A DNA stretch of 64,000 nt, taken from Phyllobates terribilis (Eukaryota). Numbering within the stretch: position 1 is the stretch's first letter; every line of letters starts with the position of its first letter. The notes below the pieces were generated by a model. The model ran no database searches. It saw only the letters and a program-made list of their open reading frames with translations, and was not told where the DNA came from. Positions 56,371-64,000 of the stretch are shown here, in pieces. The translations under genes were made by a program, and so were the position numbers. Location: positions 669,600,001 through 669,664,000 of the forward strand of contig NW_027362763.1 in assembly GCF_046119375.1 (NCBI RefSeq), in the 5' to 3' direction.

Positions 56371-57841
56371 CCTATTTTAACCCCTTAATAACATCTGACG
56401 TACTAATACGCGTCTGTGCCCTGGGACTTAAGAGCCAGACCCGTATTAGTACGTCATCGCGATCGCGCGCGCACACAGGCTGTGCGGGCGCGATCGCCGC
56501 CGGGTGTCAGCTGATTGTCACAGCTGACACCCGGTACTATGTGCAGGGAGCGGTCCTGCACCGCTCCCAGCACATTAACCCCCGCGATGCTGCGATCGAA
56601 GTCGATCGCGGCATTGCGGAGGCAAGGGGAGGTGATCGGCGATACTCACCTCCTCTTCCGGCTTCCAGCGCAGTCTGCAAAGGCTTCCCGGGTGTTGCCA
56701 TGACGACCCGATGTCGTCATGACAACATCCGGGTCACCAGAGAGCAGGAAGATTGCTTGGACATGCGCTGTGCATCTCCAAGCAATCTTCACACTGTGCA
56801 TTTCTGACAACCTTCATGGCATAGGGATGTTGCTGCATTCCTGTGCCATGCAGGCGATCAGAAAAAAAAAGTGAAAGTCCCAGAGTGGGACAAAGTAATA
56901 AAGTGTATAAACTGTGTGAAAGTGGAAAAAAAAAAAAAATGTGCAAAAATATTATAAAAAAATAAAAAAAAAATAATACACCAAAAATAAAAATATAATG
57001 TACCCATCAATAAATATTATTATAAAAAAAAAACAATAAAAGTACACATATTTGGTATCGCCGCGTCCGGAACAACCTGACCTATAAAACTGTCCCACTA
57101 GTTAACCCCTTCAGTGAACACGGTAAAAAAAAAAAAAAAAAAAAAACGAAGCAAAAAACAATGCTTTATCACCATACCGCCAAACAAAAAGTGGAATAAC
57201 ACGCGATCAAAAAGACGCATATAAATAAAAATGATACCGCTGAAAACGTCATCTCGTCCCGCAAAAACAAGCTGACATACAGCTCCATCAGCCGAAAAAT
57301 AAAAAAGTTATAGCTCTCAGAATAAAGCGATGCTAAAAAATATTTTTTTCTATAAAATAGCTTTTATTGTGTATAAGCGCCAAAACATAGAAAAATGATA
57401 CAAATGTGGTACCGCTGTAAACGTACTGACCCGAAGAATAAAGCTACCTCATCAATTTTACCACACGCGGAACAGAATAAAAAAAAAAAAAAAAACAATT
57501 CCTGAATTGTTGGTTTTTGTTTATTCTGCCTCCCAAAAATCGGAATAGAAAGCGATCAAAAAATGTCACGTGCCTGAAAATGGCACCAATAACAACGTCA
57601 AGTCATCCCGCAAAAAACGAGCCGTCACATGACTGTCTGCCAAAATCTGGAAAAATTATAGCTCTCAAAATATGGCGATGCAAAAACTAGATTTTACAAA
57701 AAATGCGTCTTTTAGTGTGTGACAGCTGTCAGTCATAAAAACCCCATATGATTCTGGCATTGCTGTAATCACACCGACCCGAAGAATAAAGTCGTCTAAT
57801 CACTAATACCGCACAAGGAACGGCGTCAAAAATAAACTCTT

Positions 57842-57964
57842 GGGTTAGGATTGGGCTAGGGTTAGGGCTGGGTTTGGGGCTAGGGTTGTGCTGGGGCTAG
57901 GGTTGTGCTGGGGCTAGGGTTGTGCTGGGGCTAGGGTTATGCTAGGGCTAGGGCTGGGGTTGGG
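57842..57964 (+). repeat. Telomere-like G-rich microsatellite/minisatellite
   Basis: GGGTTAGG, GGGCTAGGGTTAGGG and three or more copies of the 17-mer GGGGCTAGGGTTGTGCT. Confidence 0.8.
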
Positions 57965-58007
57965 ATTTTTTTCAAAAGTAAGAAAAAAAGATGACGATAT
58001 GGCGACT

Positions 58008-58301
58008 AGTGTTGAGAGCAAGTCCTCGCTACTTGAGTTTGCATCGGGTGCTCTGGTATGCATTGAGTATCGTGGGTATTTGAGTGACATGCTCGAGTCT
58101 CTGCCCCATATGCTTTGCGGCCAAAAAACTTTACGGGGATTGCCTGCCATGCACGAGCGATCCCCGCATGGTTTTTTTTGGGTGTCTAATAACCGTGAAA
58201 CATGCGGAGCAGGGACTCGAGCACGTCACTCGAGCACACGCTGTACATGGTGCATACCTGAGTACCCGATGCAAACTCAAGTAGCGAGCACTTGCGCTCA
58301 A
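58008..58301. mobile_element. hAT-family MITE
   Basis: About 42-bp inverted ends TTGAGAGCAAGTCCTCGCTACTTGAGTTTGCATCGGGTGCTC / GAGTACCCGATGCAAACTCAAGTAGCGAGCACTTGCGCTCAA. The left end starts (T)AGTGTTGAG, like the hAT TIR at 40893. Confidence 0.75.
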
Positions 58302-58496
58302 GAATAATGACAACTTATTCAATATGATGACCTAATGTAAACAAATTCTGTGCCGTACCTCTGGGTTCAAAATGTTCACTATACACCTTAATAAAATCCT
58401 TGAGGGGTATAGTTTCCAAAATGGGGACACTTGTGGGGGAGCTCCACTGTTTAGCTAACAGTCGGCTCAAATTGTTAGCGGATATCATGTTGCATT

Positions 58497-59190
58497 TGGA
58501 GAGTCCCTGTGTGCCCAAACATTGGAGCTCCCCCACAAGTGACCCCATTTTGGAAACTAGACCCCCCCAAGGCACCTATCTAGATGCATAGTGAGCACTT
58601 GGAACCCCTAGGTGCTTCACAAATTGATTCGTAAAAATGAAAAAGTGTTTTTTTTTTCACTTTTTCATTATTACGAATCAATTTGTGAAGCACCTGGGGG
58701 TTCCAAGTGCTCACTATGCATCTAGAAAGGTGCCTTGGGGGGTCTAGTTTCCAAAATGGGGTCACTTGTGGGGGAGCTCCAAAGTTTGGGCACAGAGGGG
58801 CTCTCCAAACGCAATGTGGTGTCCACTAACAATTTGAGCCGATTTTCCATTCAATTTGTTAGCGGATACCATGTTGTATTTAGAGAGTCCCTGTGTGCCC
58901 AAACATTGGAGCTCCCCCACAAGTGACCCCATTTTGGAAACTAGACCCCCCAAGGCACCTATCTAGATGCATAGTGAGCACTTGGAACCCCTAGGTGCTT
59001 CACAAATTGATTCGTAAAAATGAAAAAGTGGTTTTTTTTTTCACTTTTTCATTTTTACGAATCAATTTGTGAAGCACCTGGGGGTTCCAAGTGCTCACTA
59101 TGCATCTATAAAGGTGCCTTGGGGGGTCTAGTTTCCAAAATGGGGTCACTTGTGGGGGAGCTCCAAAGTTTGGGCACACAGGGGCTCTCC
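58497..59190. repeat. Two tandem long palindromes (about 58497-58805 and 58880-59190)
   Basis: Each has about 135-bp near-perfect arms (GAGCTCCCCCACAAGTGACCCCATTTTGGAAACTAGACCCCCCAAGGCACC..GCTTCACAAATTGATTCGTAA and its reverse complement) around an A/T-rich loop. Confidence 0.85.
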
Positions 59191-61168
59191 AAACACAACA
59201 TGGCGTCCGCTAATTATTCAAGCAAATTTTACAATCAAAAAGTCAAATGGCGCTCCTTCCCTTCCGAGCCCTGCCGTGCGCCCAAACAGTGTTTCTTCCC
59301 CAAATATTGGGTATCTGCGTGCCCAGGGGAAATTGCACAACAAATTTTGGGGTCCATTTTTTCTTGTTACCCCAGTGAAAATAAAAAAAATTGGGTCTAA
59401 AGTAACATTTTTGTGAAAAAAGTTAAATGTTAATTTTTTTCTTCCACATTCAAAAAATTCCTGTGAAGCACCTGAAGGGTTAATAAAGTTCTTGAATGTG
59501 GTTTTGAGCACCTTGAGGGGTGCAGTTTTTAGAATGGTGTCACTTTTGTGTATTTTCTGTCATAAAGACCCCTCAAAGTGACTTCAAATGTGATGTGGTC
59601 CCTAAAAAAATGGTTTTATAAATTTTGTTGGAAAAATGAGAAATCGCTGGTCAACTTTTAACCCTTATAGCTCCCTAACAAAAAAAAATGTTGGTTCCAA
59701 AATTGTGCTGATGTAAAGTAGACATGTGGGAAATGTTATTTATTAACTCTTTTGTGTGACATATCGCTCTGATTTCAGGGCTTAAAAATTAAAATTTTGA
59801 AAATTGCTAAATTTTCAAAATTTTCGCCAAATTTCCATTTTTTTCACAAATAAACGCAAGTGATATCGAAGAAATTTTTCCACAATCATGAAGTACAATA
59901 TGTCACGAAAAAAACAATCTCAGAATCAGGGGGATCCGTTGAAGCGTTCCAGAGTAATTACCTCATAAAGTGACAGTGGTCAGAATTGTAAAAATTGACC
60001 CGGTCATTAACGTGCAAACCACCCGCGGGGCTTAAGGGGTTAAGAGCTGTAACTTTTTTATTTTTTTGCCTGACGTTACTGAATGAGGGCTTGGTTTTTT
60101 TGCGGGACTAGATGAAGTTTTTATTGATACCATTTTGAGGACATAATATTTTATTTACTTTTTTCAATTCATTTTCAAACAAAACCCGGCAATTCCAGAT
60201 TTTTTTTTTATATCGGTCATTGTTGTGCCGTAAAAGTGATAAGACAACTTTATTCTTCAGGTCGGTACAGTTACACTGATATCACACCTAAAGGTTTTTT
60301 TACGCTTCGTTACTTTTCCACTCGAAAAACAATATTTTACAAACTTTAATCGCCATATTTTGAGAACTGGAACTTTTTATTTTATTGCCAAAAGAGCCAC
60401 AGGAAGCTTATATTTTGCAGGCCATTTCTTTTTTACATATGAAAGCTTCTTATTTCAGTTTTTCTGCGTCAGTATGGTGAAAATGCTACATTTTTTGGGG
60501 GGTATTTTAATTTTTTTTTACGGTGTTTACAGTATGGAACAAATAATGTAACAGTAACTATTTTTCTAATTTTGATCATTCCAGGCGTAGTGATACCAAT
60601 TGTGTATGTGTATCGTTTTGTTTATTTTATTTATTTTTTTACACAAGTGGCGTCTTTGGAGGAGAAAGTTTTTACATTTTCTTCTTTTACTTTCTTGTAT
60701 TTTTTTTTTTTTTTTTTTAGATTTTTACAAATGTTATTTAAAACTTGCTTTTACATTAGTCCCACTATGGGATTTGAATATTTTTCACTTTCTAATACTT
60801 TGCAGTACTTCTATACCGCAGTGCAGGAGACCTGTCAGTTTTACAATGGCACAGCCTTGTTAAACCTCCTTACCCAGAGGCCACTGCACGACCTTGGGTT
60901 GACATTACAACTATTGGGACCCGCAATCGTGGGGCCCTGATAGGGTTAAAGAGATAGGCCTCTCCCTTTGTTAACCATCACTGTCGTGATGGCAATGAAT
61001 TGGTGCTAAAAACCAATGGTGGATGATGCAGCAGTAGTATATAGCTGACACCCGCAACATTTTGACCATCTGAGAAAACTAGTTACTTAACCCCCAACAA
61101 CCATAAAAATCAGCACTGAGGACTAAGACCCCTTAATGATCACCACTAAGAAGTTAAAATTTTTTCTC

Positions 61169-62615
61169 CTATTTGTGAGTTCTCTTATGTCTATCAAGAT
61201 TAAACTTGTTGGCGAAACATTTCCCACATTCTGAACACGTAAATGGCTTCTCCCCTGTGTGACTTCTCAGATGTCCCAAAATATGTGATCTATTGCTAAA
61301 ACATTTCCCACATTCAGGACATGAAAATGGTTTCTCCCCTGTGTGACTTCTTAGATGCACCAAAATATGTGATTTATGAATAAAACGTTTCCCACATTCC
61401 GTACATAAAAATGGCTTCTCTCCGATGTGGATTTTTAGATGAGTCACGAGATATGATTTCCGACTAAAACACTTCCCACACTCCGAACATGAAAATGGCT
61501 TCTCCCCTGTGTGAACTCTTAGGTGGTCTATGGCGCGGGTTTTCTCACTAAAATGCTTCCCACATTCAGGACATGAATATGGCATCACTCCCGTGTGAGT
61601 TTTTTTATGTTTGTTAAGTTGAAATTCCTTGGCGAAACATTTCCCACATTCTGAACACGGGAATGGCCGTTCATCTGTCATTGTTCGCTGAGGCAAGGTA
61701 AGATTAGATTTCTTTTTAAAATGTTTCCATCTCTCTCCAGTCCTTTGTGTACCAATCGGCGACTTATCAGATGAAGAAATCCAGTGATCAGTGATGTCAG
61801 AGGATATATCTTTGCGATGAAGAACTGCCGATGCATCACTCGTTGATTTGACTTGTATGATATTGTTATCTTCTACATCATAACAAGAGGATAAATGAGG
61901 ATATCCATGGGAGCCGCCGCCTCTTATCCCATCTTCAACTGCAAAAAGAAATAAAACCTTGTATATTTTACTAAAAAAAAACAATCAAGCTATAGGCAAT
62001 AGCTACACTACGACTTTGACCTCAAGACTGGTCGCGCGGCCAAAGATAGTTATGCGTCGCTGCTACGTCACAGCACATTACAAATGAATGGAGTTGAATT
62101 GCGCCCCATAGGGTACCCCGACCGCGATAAGCAAATTATGAAAAATCAGACCGAGTTGGATGTTTTTAAGACTTGCTTATGGCGGTCATTATACGCAGAG
62201 GTCCTATGGGACCCCAATCATTCGTATTGCGCTGCCATGTAGCAGCTACTCATTACGATCTTTGGCTGCACAACTTATGTCGCAGCCGACGTCGCTGTGT
62301 AACCCTAAGCTTTACAGAGATGAAAACAAGCAGCAAACAAAGTAAAATGGATATGGAAGAAATTAAGAAATGGAAAGGTCCCATGATATAATCCCTTGTA
62401 GAGATTGGGGTAAACCATGCCCCACCCGATTTTACAGATCACACCCCTCTACCAGGTCCTCCTTCACCTTAATATTCTTGGAAAAGAGAAAGAAGGACAA
62501 TAAAAATGATCACTAAGAAGACATTTTTGTCACCTTTTGACACGTGAAATAAGGTTTAGAAGTGGATCTTACCAGTCACTAACACTGATGTAGGCGTTTC
62601 AAATCCCTTTGTCAT
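61169..62615 (-). CDS. C2H2 zinc-finger protein ZNF-B (6 fingers), apparently KRAB-less, about 270 aa
   Basis: Exons 62573-62630 (ATG at 62615) and 61169-61938; GT-AG intron, phase 1; 813 nt. The 58-nt exon and the ZF exon are homologous to ZNF-A exons 5 and 6. Confidence 0.82.
62000..62310. mobile_element. MITE-like insertion in the last intron of ZNF-B
   Basis: Imperfect inverted ends (GCTACACTACGAC.. / ..GTCGCTGTGTAACC). Absent from the homologous ZNF-A intron (21872-22113). Confidence 0.5.
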
Positions 62616-62782
62616 TTCAGCAGAACTTTCCTGCAAGAATTCCACATTAAAAACATGAGAAAAATGAAACAGAACCCCGGTTTATCTTATATCCAGATGA
62701 AAGTCATAATCGCCAAGAAGGTAAGACCGAAAATTGTCCTTAATGGTAAATGACAGTCCAAGTGTATTCAGTCTCCACTCAC

Positions 62783-62900
62783 CTGACTGACAGCTCCTCA
62801 GGGTCCCTCCTCCATGCTACTGCTGCTGATATCTCACACTGATCAGTACAAGCTGCAGCTGTCAGTCAGACACAGCGAGCAGAGACTGAACACACAGTCT
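62783..62900 (-). other. Putative first exon of ZNF-B
   Basis: Strong donor CAG|GTGAGT at 62783, 152 nt upstream of the 58-nt exon. Contains ATG GAG GAG GGA CCC TGA in frame with the ZF ORF. 5' limit unknown. Confidence 0.5.
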
Positions 62901-63007
62901 CAGATATCTATTTAATGATGTGTGCCATTTCCCTTGTGGAATTTTTTTTCTTTCTATCTGTTCAGTTTTCAGTTTTCTATTTTTGTTTTAACTTTTGTTC
63001 TTCTTGT

Positions 63008-63400
63008 TTAACCCCTTCCGGTCAGAGCTAATTTTCATTTTTATGCTTTCGTTTTTTTCCCTTCACCTTCTTCCAACAGTCATAACTTTTACATTTTTCC
63101 CCTAACATCTCCATACGAGGGCTTGTTTTTTTTTTTTTTGCACGAGTTGTAGTTTTGATTGACATCATTCATTTCACCATACAATGTACTGAACAACGTG
63201 CAAAAAAATTCCAAGTGGGGCAAAATGGTGTTTATTCTGTGGCAAAATTGACCCGGCAAGATGATTCTCCAGGGCAGTACCAAAAATTCTGAAATTGTAA
63301 AAAAAAAAAAAAAAAAATGAGACTAACTCTTTTTCATTTTTTCCCTTTATGCGTCCGAAAGGTTATTTTTTTTTTGCATAGTGAGTTATACACAATGTTA
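63008..63400. mobile_element. Left-end fragment of a T2/Kolobok-type element
   Basis: Starts TTAACCCCTTCC, followed by AT-rich sequence similar to 60045-60600. Confidence 0.5.
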
Positions 63401-63636
63401 TAGTCACTTTTTGATTTTTCTCCTCTCTACAGCATTTTGATTTTTCTCCTCTCTACAGCATTTACTTTAGCGGTTCAATAATGTCATATTTTCAAAGATC
63501 TTTCTTTTACAGATGCAGCAATACCAAATATGTTTTCTTTATTTTTGAATTGGGAAAAAGAATACGATTTATATGTATATATATATATAAATATATTTAT
63601 CTAAAACAAAACTTTTTAAAATGCATTCTTACTATA

Positions 63637-64000
63637 CAGAAACACCTTGACTTACGAGCTTAATTCGTTCTGTGACCAAGCTCTTAACTCAATTTGCTCT
63701 TATATCAAATTAAATTTCCCCATTAAAATGAATTGAAATGCTATTAATCCGTTCCAGAACCCCAAAAACCACACCAAATTTTTTTGTTATTTGTTTTTTA
63801 AATAAGAAAAATGTACTTTATTAATAACAAATACAGTACTGTATGAAAAACTATTAAACGTGTAATAAACTATTGTACTGTACTTTTTTTTCTTTTTTTT
63901 TAAATAACTTAATTTAATCATCTTCACTTTGCCTTTTTTTGCCCCACTTTCCTCACTTTCCCTTGCAGGGCGTTTCAATGAAAACCTATCCAAGGAGGTT
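63637..64000 (-). mobile_element. pogo/Tigger-like transposon 3' end (runs off the window)
   Basis: TA-CAGAAACACCTTGACTTACGAG TIR-like end; the minus-strand ORF end LDRFSLKRPA resembles Tigger transposase C-termini. Confidence 0.6.

Larger units (their letters stand above)
56377..60043. mobile_element. Large non-autonomous T2/Kolobok-type DNA element (about 3.7 kb)
   Basis: TTAACCCCTTAA at 56377-56388 and TTAAGGGGTTAA at 60032-60043 (TTAA target with CCCCTT/AAGGGG TIR). No transposase ORF. Confidence 0.8.

Noticed and set aside
57842-57964. True telomere or chromosome-fusion scar
   Set aside because: Only about 120 bp, mostly non-canonical units, single orientation, and inside a TIR-bounded element.
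61939-61984. ATG at 61984 as the start of ZNF-B (ORF track MFFFSKIYKVLFLFA)
   Set aside because: This is intronic polypyrimidine tract. The acceptor at 61939-61940 and homology to ZNF-A place the exon start at 61938.
1-64000. tRNA or rRNA genes
   Set aside because: None recognised. The only tRNA-related sequences are retroelement PBSs (20401-20417 and a degenerate one near 29290-29304).

Overview
Eukaryotic, repeat-dense DNA from an anuran (frog), inferred from the FAX/KRAB-type zinc-finger exons and the amphibian-type T2/Kolobok MITE, DIRS, L2 and Tc1 content; the species cannot be assigned from sequence alone. Host genes: two convergent C2H2 zinc-finger paralogs. One is a 6-exon FAX/KRAB-ZNF on + (16126-22877). 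The other is an apparently KRAB-less ZNF on - (61169-62615) that shares the same two 3' exons. The rest is mostly layered transposons: a CR1 remnant, a 33-bp minisatellite (~6.8 kb in two blocks), an intact L2 ORF with a 2A-like motif, Gmr1-type and standard Gypsy relics, a Penelope-like element with 1258-bp inverted arms, hAT, DIRS, Tc1 (one intact DD38E), an L1 fragment, nested solo LTRs, Kolobok/T2 elements and a pogo/Tigger end. Top lead: a complete non-autonomous LTR element (17124-21672; TSD, tRNA-Ser PBS, PPT) in an intron of the KRAB-ZNF. It has no recognisable gag or pol and carries a sense ORF ending in a cold-shock (CSD/OB-fold) nucleic-acid-binding domain. Two related solo LTRs occur in the same window. 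Other leads are minimal and variant hammerhead ribozymes and apparent 5'-module swapping between the two ZNF paralogs. All coordinates and motifs were read by eye; no database searches were run.
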